Position numbers and translations under genes: made by a program
Shown: piece after piece, positions 1 to 8,716 of the stretch
How the letters are laid out: each line of letters starts with the position of its first letter
Numbering within the stretch: position 1 is the first letter of the stretch
The notes under the pieces: generated by a model
What the model was told of the DNA's origin: nothing
The model's input: only the letters and a program-made list of their open reading frames with translations
Databases searched by the model: none
Source of the DNA: an uncultured Methanomassiliicoccales archaeon
GTDB taxonomy: Archaea; Thermoplasmatota; Thermoplasmata; Methanomassiliicoccales; Methanomethylophilaceae
DNA: 64,000 bases
Direction: 5' to 3'
Assembly (NCBI GenBank): GCA_964550065.1
Contig: CAZJWD010000003.1
Span: 93,403 to 157,402 of the forward strand

Positions 1-372
1 CGATTTGCGGTCGTTGACGAAGAAATACGAGCTGTAGTCCGTACCGTTGTCGGACATCTTGACGTGACGGGTGAGCCTGACGATGTCATCATCCCAGGGC
101 ATGAGGCGGTCGGTATTGTCGAATACAAGGGACACTTTCGTGAAAGACGCTTTTCCCTTCCCTTTGCCGCCGTCGAAAATGAGGTCGGTGAGCTTCCCGG
201 CACGCACCGCCTTGGAACTCTTGGGGCCGAGGACGAACAGGATCGCATCAGTGATGTTCGATTTCCCGGAACCGTTGGGTCCCGTGACTGCAGTGTATCC
301 CTCCATCAGCGGGACCACTAGCTTCCCGCCGAAGGACTTGAAGTTCTCCATCTCGACCGCTTTCAAATACAA
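1..372 (-). CDS. smc: SMC chromosome segregation ATPase, N-terminal fragment (gene continues beyond window start)
   Basis: Reverse translation reads (TTG)YLKAVEMENFKSFGGKLVVPLMEGYTAVTGPNGSGKSNITDAILFVLG..., a canonical SMC N-terminus with Walker A GPNGSGKS. Absent from the ORF track because it has no stop in the window. Start is TTG at 372 or ATG at 351. Confidence 0.8.
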   Translation of the reverse strand, partial: MYLKAVEMENFKSFGGKLVVPLMEGYTAVTGPNGSGKSNITDAILFVLGPKSSKAVRAGKLTDLIFDGGKGKGKASFTKVSLVFDNTDRLMPWDDDIVRLTRHVKMSDNGTDYSSYFFVNDRKS

Positions 373-535
373 CTGTTGCACCCCTTCTAGGGCCTATCGG
401 GTGGAAACCCGCGCATCCCATCAACGTGCTGTCCGGTCGCTGACCGAGGACCCTTCATTCCTCGGGCGCGCGCACGTTATATAGGTAAGCACATGCGCGT
501 ATATAAAAAGACGCGTGAGAACCGAGAGGCCAGGC

Positions 536-1315
536 TCATTCGGAAGACCTGATCATGGAAGGGATGTCTGCCACTGAATCGACAATTGCCGTAGGGTTCT
601 TCCCCGATGATCTGACCAGCTCCATGTCCGTCTCCCCGGAAAGCACCAATATGGACTGCGTCCCCGCGCGGATGGCCATCTCGATGTCGGTGTACAGGCG
701 GTCGCCGACCATGACCGTGTCCTCGGGACTGACACCCATCTCGCCGGCAGCCATCTCCAACATCAGCCGATTTGGCTTCCCGATGACGGTGGCGATAGTC
801 TGGCACATCTGTTCGAACATTCTTATGAACGGCCCGATGTCTATGTCGTAGAAGTCCTCAGTAGGACACAGGTCATCGGGATGCGTGGCGATCAGCTCCG
901 ACCCGTTCTTCAGGAAATGGAACGCGTTATTGATCTTCTCGTAGGTGATGGTGGTGTCGAACGTGAGCACCACTATATCGGGATCCTCGTCGGTCAACGG
1001 GATTCCGGCAGTACGCATCTCATCGACCACATCCGGCACCGCCACTGGATAGACCGTCTTCCCAGGACGATTGGTCAGGATGAATCTGATTGTCGCGATT
1101 GTCGAAGTCAAGATGTTGTCCAACCCAACATCGAATCCCAGGCGCTTCAGCTTGGAATGGTAGAACTCCCTGCCGTGAGCGGAGTTGTTGGTCAGGAAGA
1201 CGAAAGGTATGTCCCTGTCCTTGAGACACCCGATGAAGTCCGTGGCCCCGGGAATGGGTACTCCGCCCTTGTAGACAGTGCCGTCCATATCGATCATGAA
1301 TGCTCCGAACCTCAT
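536..1315 (-). CDS. HAD-superfamily (subfamily IIA, NagD-like) sugar/nitrophenyl phosphatase
   Basis: MRFGAFMIDMDGTVYKG (DxDGT motif I), LTNNS, GDRLYTDI motifs. Internal ATG at 1315 chosen; the longer ORF to 1429 overlaps the upstream gene. Confidence 0.75.
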   Translation of the reverse strand: MRFGAFMIDMDGTVYKGGVPIPGATDFIGCLKDRDIPFVFLTNNSAHGREFYHSKLKRLGFDVGLDNILTSTIATIRFILTNRPGKTVYPVAVPDVVDEMRTAGIPLTDEDPDIVVLTFDTTITYEKINNAFHFLKNGSELIATHPDDLCPTEDFYDIDIGPFIRMFEQMCQTIATVIGKPNRLMLEMAAGEMGVSPEDTVMVGDRLYTDIEMAIRAGTQSILVLSGETDMELVRSSGKNPTAIVDSVADIPSMIRSSE

Positions 1316-1842
1316 CACATCATCCCCTTCACGATACGCATGGTCTCCCTCAGCGATTCCCTGGATTGTTTGTTGTATATGGTTGCCGCGGGATGGAACG
1401 CAGGCAGGAACCTGACCCTGCGGCCGCACACGTCGATCTCCGTGACCCGGTTGACGATCTCGGCCATCTTGCCCTCGTAACCCATCAGGTCACGGCATGC
1501 GGACTTCCCGAGGCCCACCACAAGCTTCGCGTCGACGATCTCGGATTCCAGGAAACCCCTGCACGCCGCCATCTCCTCCGGAGTTGGGTCGCGGTTGCCC
1601 GGAGGCCTGCATTTGACCGTGTTGGTTATCAGGACGTCCGCGCGCGTGAACCCTGCATCCTCCATCATATCGGAGAGGATCTTCCCGGACTTCCCCACGA
1701 AGGGCCTCCCCTCCAGGTCCTCGTTCTCCCCGGGACCCTCCCCGACGAACACTATCCCGGAATCGGGATTGCCGTCTGGCAGGACGATGTTGGTGCGCCC
1801 CTCACAGAGACCGCAGAGGTCGCAGCCCTCCGGAGGCCTCAT
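1315..1842 (-). CDS. Uracil-DNA glycosylase, family 4 (Fe-S type)
   Basis: CxxCxLC N-terminus, GEGPGENEDLEGRPFVGKSGKIL motif, AFHPAA near the C-terminus. Stop overlaps the next start by 1 nt. Confidence 0.85.
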   Translation of the reverse strand: MRPPEGCDLCGLCEGRTNIVLPDGNPDSGIVFVGEGPGENEDLEGRPFVGKSGKILSDMMEDAGFTRADVLITNTVKCRPPGNRDPTPEEMAACRGFLESEIVDAKLVVGLGKSACRDLMGYEGKMAEIVNRVTEIDVCGRRVRFLPAFHPAATIYNKQSRESLRETMRIVKGMM

Positions 1843-2366
1843 CCCTTCACCAGCTCTGAGGCCCTGACCAGTGGACGGAACTCCACCTCGGCCTCGGCGA
1901 GGTTCTCCGCACCTCCGCCCTCGCGGTCGATTACGGAGATCACATAGCCCACATCGGCCCCTGCCTGACGAAGGGTCTCGATGGCTTTGATGCTGGATCC
2001 CGCAGTGGTTATTACGTCCTCGACCACCAGGACCTTGTCTCCGGCGTTGAGGTCACCCTCGATGAGCTTCCCGGTTCCGTGGTCCTTCTTCTCCTTGCGG
2101 ATCATCACATACGGAATGCCGGTCTCCAGAGCCAACGCTGTGGCCAACGGAACGGATCCCAGAACGACCCCTGCGATCCTGTCGGCGACGATGCCCTCGG
2201 ACTTCATCTTCTCCGCCATGAGCCTGGCTATGAGCTTGAGAACCGAAGGGTTCGTGCTGGCCTTCTTGATGTCTATGTAGTAGTCGCTCTTGGCGCCGGA
2301 GGCGAGGATGAACTCGCCGAACTGAAGCGCCCCGCAGTCTTTCAATGCCTGAGAAAGTTCGCTCAT
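1839..2366 (-). CDS. pyrE: Orotate phosphoribosyltransferase
   Basis: LQFGEFILASGAKSDYYIDIK and the PRPP-binding loop VLVVEDVITTAGS. Confidence 0.9.
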   Translation of the reverse strand: MSELSQALKDCGALQFGEFILASGAKSDYYIDIKKASTNPSVLKLIARLMAEKMKSEGIVADRIAGVVLGSVPLATALALETGIPYVMIRKEKKDHGTGKLIEGDLNAGDKVLVVEDVITTAGSSIKAIETLRQAGADVGYVISVIDREGGGAENLAEAEVEFRPLVRASELVKG

Positions 2367-2372
2367 TTTGAA

Positions 2373-2945
2373 TCACCAGGGTTCCTTCTTGAGTCCCATC
2401 TTGTAACCGATTATGTTCACGCTCCTGTGGATGGCGAACATGATGACTATGATGAAGATCAGAGCGGTGATGTGCCACCCCTCGATGTACGTGGCATACA
2501 CCCAGTCGGGGAAGAACAGCGCCGTAACGAGGAATGCACCGATCACGAAGTCGTACTGGTCCAGAACAGGGGCCTTCTGACCCCTCTCCATCCCCAGACG
2601 CCTCTTGATGAAGGCTCCGCACAGATCGCCCAGGACGGCTCCGAACGACAGACACACAAGGATTCCTATGTTGCCGTAGAATCCTCCGTATCCCCAGTAG
2701 TCCTCGGACCCGAACAAAGCCGAGATCCCTATGAGGATCAAGCCCAACAGGATGCCGGAGAACGCCCCTCCGAAGAAGCCTCTCCAGGACTTCCCGTCAC
2801 CGAATATCCTCTTCCCCCTCCAGGACTTCCCGAAGTCCATCTTCGTGTTGCCGCCGAAAACCACAGCAGCGGAATTGGGGACCATTGCCGGCAGAAAGAG
2901 CCAGAGTCCCGTGAACATTATTGCGATGACTCCGAAAGCGTCCAT
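2373..2945 (-). CDS. carS: CDP-archaeol synthase (CDP-2,3-bis-O-geranylgeranyl-sn-glycerol synthase)
   Basis: Polytopic membrane protein with GDLCGAFIKRRLGMERG...PVLDQ, as in the DUF46/CarS family. Confidence 0.8.
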   Translation of the reverse strand: MDAFGVIAIMFTGLWLFLPAMVPNSAAVVFGGNTKMDFGKSWRGKRIFGDGKSWRGFFGGAFSGILLGLILIGISALFGSEDYWGYGGFYGNIGILVCLSFGAVLGDLCGAFIKRRLGMERGQKAPVLDQYDFVIGAFLVTALFFPDWVYATYIEGWHITALIFIIVIMFAIHRSVNIIGYKMGLKKEPW

Positions 2946-3017
2946 GGGTTACACCTGCCGACAGCTATGTTCGGAACGTGTATAACATTTTCTTTCGGCT
3001 TTCCGCCTATGCCCATT

Positions 3018-3506
3018 ATGTACGAAAACGGGAATCCGGAACGTATGTTGGTGCTCGACAGCTCTGCGTTCTTTTCGATGGACAACCTGCCCGAGGAGGA
3101 GCATGTATGCCCACCGGGAGTCATCAGAGAGCTGGAGAACCACGACGACCCCCGGCTTGCCCTCTGGGGGGACTTGGTGAGGGTCTCCGACTGCTCCGCG
3201 GAATCCTTGGAGAAGGTCAGGGAAGCCGCCGGAAGAAGCGGCGACATCGGAAGGCTCTCTCCAGTGGACCTGACTGTGCTGGCACTCGCACTCGACGTGA
3301 GCGGCACCATCTGGTCCGACGACTACTCCATACAGAACGTGGCGCGCATCCTGGGTGTGGATTTCAAGCCCGTGGGCATGGAAGGCATCAAGAAGGTTGT
3401 CAAGTGGAACTACCAGTGCATCGGATGCCGCAAATGGTACAAGGAGAAACTACCGGAATGTCCGATATGCGGCTCCGGCATGAAGGCCTGCAGAAGAAAG
3501 AGATGA
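3018..3506 (+). CDS. Nob1-like PIN-domain endonuclease with C-terminal zinc ribbon
   Basis: MLVLDSSAFF PIN start and CIGCRKWY...CPICGS ribbon. Only the last third of ORF 2079..3506 is plausible. ATGs at 3009, 3018 and 3045 are all possible starts. Confidence 0.7.
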   Translation: MYENGNPERMLVLDSSAFFSMDNLPEEEHVCPPGVIRELENHDDPRLALWGDLVRVSDCSAESLEKVREAAGRSGDIGRLSPVDLTVLALALDVSGTIWSDDYSIQNVARILGVDFKPVGMEGIKKVVKWNYQCIGCRKWYKEKLPECPICGSGMKACRRKR

Positions 3507-3509
3507 CCT

Positions 3510-4622
3510 TCACGGGAAGATACGCTTGCATCTGATAAGATTGCCGAGCCTGCGCTCACCGAGGATCCTCATGCAGAACTCAGTGCTCCACTCCGACCTG
3601 AATCCGAATGTGTCAGCCAGCTTCTTGCTGGATGCAGCGGTCTTGAGAGGCTTCTCCAGGACATGTCTCCACTGAGTCTCGTAATCCGACAGCGGAGATG
3701 AGGACTTCACATTGGCACCGGCCACCTTACCGCAGATCCTTCCGGCGATCATCGCCAACGGGATTCCTCCGCCGTTCACGGATATGACCTGTCCTGCGGC
3801 ATCACCGACGACCATCCCGTTGCCGGAGACGGTCTTGGCTATCGGACCCTCGCTGGGAACGTACTTCCCCTCCAACTTGTCGGAGATTATCTCGAAACCG
3901 TTCTTCTCGGAGAAGGTGTTGAAGAACGAGGAAAGGGAGCCGCTGGCGAACTTCGGTGAGAATCCGACGCCCACATTGGCACGGCCGTCCTTAGGTATGA
4001 TCCAACTGTAGGCTCCGGGCGCGATGTCCCCGAAGAACATGTAAAGATAAGGCTCGAAATCACCTTTGGCCTGAGCTGTCACCGCAGGATAGGGGTTCCG
4101 ATTCCTGTTGAGGCCCAGACTCTGGGCGACCCTGGAACCGGGACCGTCGGCACCGACGATGACCTTGTACTCGATCTCGCCCTGGCTGGTGACGGCAACT
4201 CCGTCGCGGATCTCCTTGAACTGGCACCTGTTGACAAGCTGGGCACCTTCCTCGCAGGCGAGTTTGGCGAGATACTGATCGAATCTGTCCCTATCGGTGG
4301 TATATCCTGTGTGCTCAAGGGTGGTAATCCTTCCCTTGGGGTCGACCAGCTTGATTCCCTGGGTCTCCATGCAATGAAGCTCCTCCGGGATGTCGAACAA
4401 AGACTCCCCGTCGACGATGTTGGGGAACATGAGCTTGATCTCCTCCAAGCTGGGCATGAACTCCCCGCATCTCACGGGGACCCCGACCTGAGGGCGCTTC
4501 TCGATCATCATGACGCTGGCGCCGGACATGGCGGCATATCTGGCAGCGGTGCTTCCGGCGGGACCGGAACCAACAACGAGGACATCGACCTTGGTCTTCT
4601 CAGTCACAGTATCACCTGTCAC
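3510..4622 (-). CDS. Geranylgeranyl reductase family flavoprotein (digeranylgeranylglycerophospholipid reductase-like)
   Basis: FAD fold DVLVVGSGPAGSTAARYAA..., RCGE, GDAAG motifs. Confidence 0.85.
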   Translation of the reverse strand: MTGDTVTEKTKVDVLVVGSGPAGSTAARYAAMSGASVMMIEKRPQVGVPVRCGEFMPSLEEIKLMFPNIVDGESLFDIPEELHCMETQGIKLVDPKGRITTLEHTGYTTDRDRFDQYLAKLACEEGAQLVNRCQFKEIRDGVAVTSQGEIEYKVIVGADGPGSRVAQSLGLNRNRNPYPAVTAQAKGDFEPYLYMFFGDIAPGAYSWIIPKDGRANVGVGFSPKFASGSLSSFFNTFSEKNGFEIISDKLEGKYVPSEGPIAKTVSGNGMVVGDAAGQVISVNGGGIPLAMIAGRICGKVAGANVKSSSPLSDYETQWRHVLEKPLKTAASSKKLADTFGFRSEWSTEFCMRILGERRLGNLIRCKRIFP

Positions 4623-5682
4623 GGCTCACCACATAGTCCGCGAGACCGATAAAGGCATCCTTGTATATGGAGTTAGGAAGGATGGTCAGATTGGCCTTGG
4701 CGGATTCTGCGATTTGTCTGGCACGCTTGATGCAACGGTCGACCGCATCGGTCTGGATTATCAGATCCAATGCCTCGCGGACATCGTCACATGTGACCGA
4801 CACCCTCTCGAATATCGCTTTGACCCTGTCGCCCACGGCGGCAGACTCCATAGCGTATATGACCGGCAGAGTGGGTTTACCCTCGATTAGATCGGTACCC
4901 ACCGCCTTCCCTGTGTTCTTGGAATTCCCGACCACATCAAGGGTGTCGTCCATGATCTGGAACGCGAGTCCGAGCTCGAACGCATACCTCCCCAAGGCAT
5001 CCATGACATCGGAATCCGCATTGGATATGGCCGCACCGGACTTGGCCGCCGCCTCGAAGAGTTTGGCTGTCTTCCCGGAGATGATGTTGAGATAATCCTT
5101 CTCGGTGACCTCTGACGCGTGCTCGAAATCCTTCTGAATGAACTCACCCGCGCCCATGGATGCGGATGCCTCAACCACGTACTCCACGATCTGAGGCGCG
5201 GCGTTGGCGAGCAGACGAAATCCCATGGCGAACATGAAATCCCCGGCGATGATGGCCTTGCTGACGGTGTACTCCTTGTGGAGGGCCTTCCTTCCGCGAC
5301 GTACCTCCGCCTGGTCGTTGATGTCATCATGGATCAGCGTGGCACTGTGGATGATCTCGAACGCCGACCCCACCTCTATGGCCTGCATGGGATCCTCCCC
5401 TCCGCAGACCTTGTAGGAAAGTATGCTCAGAATCGGCCTGAGCCTCTTGCCTCCGGAGGAGATTACATAGTGACACATCTCCTGCAACTCCGGATTGTCG
5501 GACTCCAGGTTGTCGAGCATAAGGGCCTCTACCCTCTCAAGCTCATCATCAACGCAAGAGTGCCATGGCTCAGACATTGCCAGTGTTATCGCGATAACGT
5601 ACTTAAAGATGGCTGGTAGGCCGTAATGAGATGTTTTACCTAGTGTTTCCAGCCATCCTAAAGAAGTGATGAAATGGGACAT
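4612..5682 (-). CDS. idsA: Polyprenyl (geranylgeranyl or longer) diphosphate synthase
   Basis: First and second aspartate-rich motifs LIHDDINDQ and FQIMDDTLD. The likely true start is the internal ATG at 5577 (MSEPWH...). Confidence 0.85.
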   Translation of the reverse strand: MSHFITSLGWLETLGKTSHYGLPAIFKYVIAITLAMSEPWHSCVDDELERVEALMLDNLESDNPELQEMCHYVISSGGKRLRPILSILSYKVCGGEDPMQAIEVGSAFEIIHSATLIHDDINDQAEVRRGRKALHKEYTVSKAIIAGDFMFAMGFRLLANAAPQIVEYVVEASASMGAGEFIQKDFEHASEVTEKDYLNIISGKTAKLFEAAAKSGAAISNADSDVMDALGRYAFELGLAFQIMDDTLDVVGNSKNTGKAVGTDLIEGKPTLPVIYAMESAAVGDRVKAIFERVSVTCDDVREALDLIIQTDAVDRCIKRARQIAESAKANLTILPNSIYKDAFIGLADYVVSRDR

Positions 5683-5746
5683 CCGGCCCGCGGAAAAGGT
5701 CCGCGGAACCGGGAAGATGTTTATGGAAATGGTTTCTGGATCGTGC

Positions 5747-7225
5747 TTATCCCAGCAGCGCGGCGGCCGCGGTCTCGCAGAAGTCGAAGATCAGGCTGGG
5801 GTAGACTCCCAGGACGATGACGAAGATCACGCAGATCGCGATTGCGATCAGGAAGATCTTGGGCACTGCGATCTTCTCGGTGCTGGTTCCCTTCTCGACA
5901 TACATTGCCTTGACGACCCTTGCGTAGTAGTACAGGGAGATCGCCGAGTTGAGGATGGCGATGAAGGCCAGCCAGACCCACTGGGAAGTGACCCCGTCCA
6001 CGCTTCCGATTGCGGAGGAGAACAGGAAGAACTTCGAGGTGAATCCTGCGAGAGGGGGGATTCCTGCCAACGAGAACAGGAACAGCATCATGGCGGCTGC
6101 GAGGAACGGAGCCCTCTTGGCCAGTCCCCTGTAGTCGGAGATCTTCTCACCGATTCCGGCGCAGATGAGCGCACCGACGATGAGGAAGGCTCCTCCCTTC
6201 ATGAACACGTGAGTGAACATGTGGAACAGACCTGCGCTGAGTGCGTACTCGCTCATGACCGCCATGACAATCAGGATGTAACCAGCCTGAGCGATGGAGG
6301 AGTATGCGAGCATCCTCTTGATGTTGTTCTGTGCGATGGCGACCACGTTTCCGACCGTCATGGTGAAGGCCGCGATGATGGCGAAGAGGTACTGGACCTC
6401 CTCTCCAGCGATCTCGGAGCAGGCGGAGCCTGCGACGAACATCACCAGGAAGATCTGGAAGAACACGGACAGTCCCATCTTCTTCGAGCCGGTTGCCAGG
6501 AACATGGAGACGGGGGAGGATGCTCCCTCGTACACATCGGGGGCCCACATGTGGAAGGGCACCGCGGCGATCTTGAATCCATATCCTGCGACCATGCTGA
6601 CGATTGCGATGGCGAACATCCAGTTCATTCCGGTCAGTTGGACGGTCTCCGCGATGGCGGAGATGTCGGTGGTACCTGTGAGACCGTAGAGCATGGAGAT
6701 TCCGTAGATGGTCAGGGCGGTGGACATTCCACCGATGATCACGTACTTCACTCCGGCCTCCGCGGCCCTGGGGTCCTTCCTCTTCATGGTGACCAGGGCG
6801 TAGGACGAGATACTGGTGAGCTCTACTCCGACGAAGATGGTCAGGAGGTCGGTGGAACCGGCCACGAACATCATTCCGGTGGTTGCGCCCATCAGCAGAG
6901 CGTAGTAGGCTCCGACATGGAGCCTGGTGGTCTCGACACTGGCGTTGGAGACCAGGACGCCCAGGAACAGGACAATCTGGAACAGCAGCACCATCAGACC
7001 GGTGTACGCGTTGTACTGGTAGCCCATGGATTCGCCGGTGAACCCGTCGGTCAGCATCATTGCGTTGACCAGCAGGGAAATGACGACCATCACGAGGGCG
7101 ACGGCCCAGGTAGCGGTGCGCCTCTTGGCGAGGAACTGCACCGCAGGCATGATGAGGGCACCCACAAGCAGTATGATTATGGGTGCGAAGGCTGTGAAAT
7201 CACCGAATATGGAAGTGAAATCCAT
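5747..7225 (-). CDS. nuoN: Fpo/Nuo-like complex subunit N (antiporter-like)
   Basis: 14-TM-type antiporter-like sequence with ...PFHMWAPDVYEGA... Last gene of the operon. Confidence 0.85.
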   Translation of the reverse strand: MDFTSIFGDFTAFAPIIILLVGALIMPAVQFLAKRRTATWAVALVMVVISLLVNAMMLTDGFTGESMGYQYNAYTGLMVLLFQIVLFLGVLVSNASVETTRLHVGAYYALLMGATTGMMFVAGSTDLLTIFVGVELTSISSYALVTMKRKDPRAAEAGVKYVIIGGMSTALTIYGISMLYGLTGTTDISAIAETVQLTGMNWMFAIAIVSMVAGYGFKIAAVPFHMWAPDVYEGASSPVSMFLATGSKKMGLSVFFQIFLVMFVAGSACSEIAGEEVQYLFAIIAAFTMTVGNVVAIAQNNIKRMLAYSSIAQAGYILIVMAVMSEYALSAGLFHMFTHVFMKGGAFLIVGALICAGIGEKISDYRGLAKRAPFLAAAMMLFLFSLAGIPPLAGFTSKFFLFSSAIGSVDGVTSQWVWLAFIAILNSAISLYYYARVVKAMYVEKGTSTEKIAVPKIFLIAIAICVIFVIVLGVYPSLIFDFCETAAAALLG

Positions 7226-8715
7226 CAGATCATCTCCATGAGGGTGTCGACGTAGGGGTCGATGAACGAGAGAGCGGCATCAGGCCAGACTCCGTACAGT
7301 GCGACCAGTACGACGAGGACCGCGAGAGCGGCGAATTCGGTCTTGCTGACATCGTGGACATGTCCGAGGTCGATCTTGGTGGTCTCGGGCCCGAACAGTG
7401 TCTTCTGCATGGCCCAGATGTAGTATCCTGCCGTCAGCATCAGCGTGAGCAGGCAGAACAGGATCAGCCACAGGACGTCGTTGGCCTGTACGAACTCGTA
7501 GAATCCGTAGACCAGAGGGAACTCTCCCCAGAATCCTACGAGTCCGGGAAGTCCGAGGGAGGCCATGAAGGCGATCATCATGAAGGTCGCGAACATGGGC
7601 ATCTTTCCGGCGATGCCGCCGAGAAGAGGCATCTCCCTTGTTCCGAGGGCATGTCCGGTGAATCCGCACACCATGAACAGCATGGCGCTGATCAGTCCGT
7701 GTGCGAACATCTGGAAGATGGCGAATGTTATTCCGATGTCGGAGAGGCATCCGATTCCGAGCATGACCATACCCATGTGGCTGATGGACGAGAATGCGAC
7801 CATCTTCTTCAGGTCGGTCTGCGCGATGCATGCGTAGGCTCCGTAGACCATCGAGATCAGTCCGATGGCGATGATGACCCACTGCCAGTACTCCGCTCCC
7901 AGAGGGAAGGCCTCGAGGCAGATCCTGATGATACCGTAGGATCCCATCTTCAGCATGACTCCCGCCAGGAGGACGGATCCTCCGGTGGGTGCCTCGACGT
8001 GTGCGTCGGGCAGCCATGTGTGGAAGGGTACAGAGGGCATCTTGACCATGAATCCGAAGAACAGCAGTGCGAAGACGACTGCCTGGAACATCTCGGATGT
8101 CTGGGGCATCAGGGCGTTGATGGTAGCGAATGAGAAGTCTGCGACTCCTGTCATCGAACCGGCCTGGAACGCCATTGCGAAGATTCCGATCAGCATCACA
8201 AGGGATGCGACGTGGGTGTAGATCAGGAACTTGATGGCAGCGTAGTGCCTCCTGGGTCCTCCGTACCATGAGATCATGAAGTACATCGGGATCAGGGTGA
8301 TCTCCCACATGACGTAGAACAGGAAGTAGTCCGCCGCCAGGTAGACACCCATCAGTCCGACCTCCATGGCCATGACCAGAGTGTGGAAGTAGTTGGGCCT
8401 GTCCTTCTCCTCGGCGGAGAAGATGACCACCAGCAGACTCAGCAGAGCGGTCAGGAAGACCATCAGTATGCTGAGGCCGTCGACTTCGAGTGCGAAGTTG
8501 ATGACGATCGAGCTGGTCTCTATCCATGTGTATGATTCGCCGAGGTCGCCCATCTCAGTGGCGAACATGATGTACAGCGAGATCACTAGGGTGATGGCGG
8601 AGAAGACTCCTGCCACGTATTTTGCGTATTTCTGCCTCTCTCCGCCCATGAGGAGCGTGAGGACGGCTCCGATCAGAGGAACGAGGATGAGCAGACTCAG
8701 TATGGGTACTTCCAT
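7225..8715 (-). CDS. nuoM: Fpo/Nuo-like complex subunit M (antiporter-like)
   Basis: VPFHTWLPDAHVEAPTGGSVLLAGVMLKMG signature. Confidence 0.85.
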   Translation of the reverse strand: MEVPILSLLILVPLIGAVLTLLMGGERQKYAKYVAGVFSAITLVISLYIMFATEMGDLGESYTWIETSSIVINFALEVDGLSILMVFLTALLSLLVVIFSAEEKDRPNYFHTLVMAMEVGLMGVYLAADYFLFYVMWEITLIPMYFMISWYGGPRRHYAAIKFLIYTHVASLVMLIGIFAMAFQAGSMTGVADFSFATINALMPQTSEMFQAVVFALLFFGFMVKMPSVPFHTWLPDAHVEAPTGGSVLLAGVMLKMGSYGIIRICLEAFPLGAEYWQWVIIAIGLISMVYGAYACIAQTDLKKMVAFSSISHMGMVMLGIGCLSDIGITFAIFQMFAHGLISAMLFMVCGFTGHALGTREMPLLGGIAGKMPMFATFMMIAFMASLGLPGLVGFWGEFPLVYGFYEFVQANDVLWLILFCLLTLMLTAGYYIWAMQKTLFGPETTKIDLGHVHDVSKTEFAALAVLVVLVALYGVWPDAALSFIDPYVDTLMEMI

Positions 8716-8716
8716 C

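Noticed and set aside
2079-3017. N-terminal 310 codons of the long ORF 2079..3506
   Set aside because: This part runs antisense through pyrE and carS and is Asp/Glu/His-rich. Only the PIN/zinc-ribbon part after about 3009-3045 looks like a real protein.
5666-7255. 529-aa ORF on the + strand, very rich in Asp/Gly/His/Glu
   Set aside because: It lies exactly antisense to the well-supported nuoN gene. It has low-complexity composition and no motifs. This is a typical shadow ORF in GC-rich DNA.
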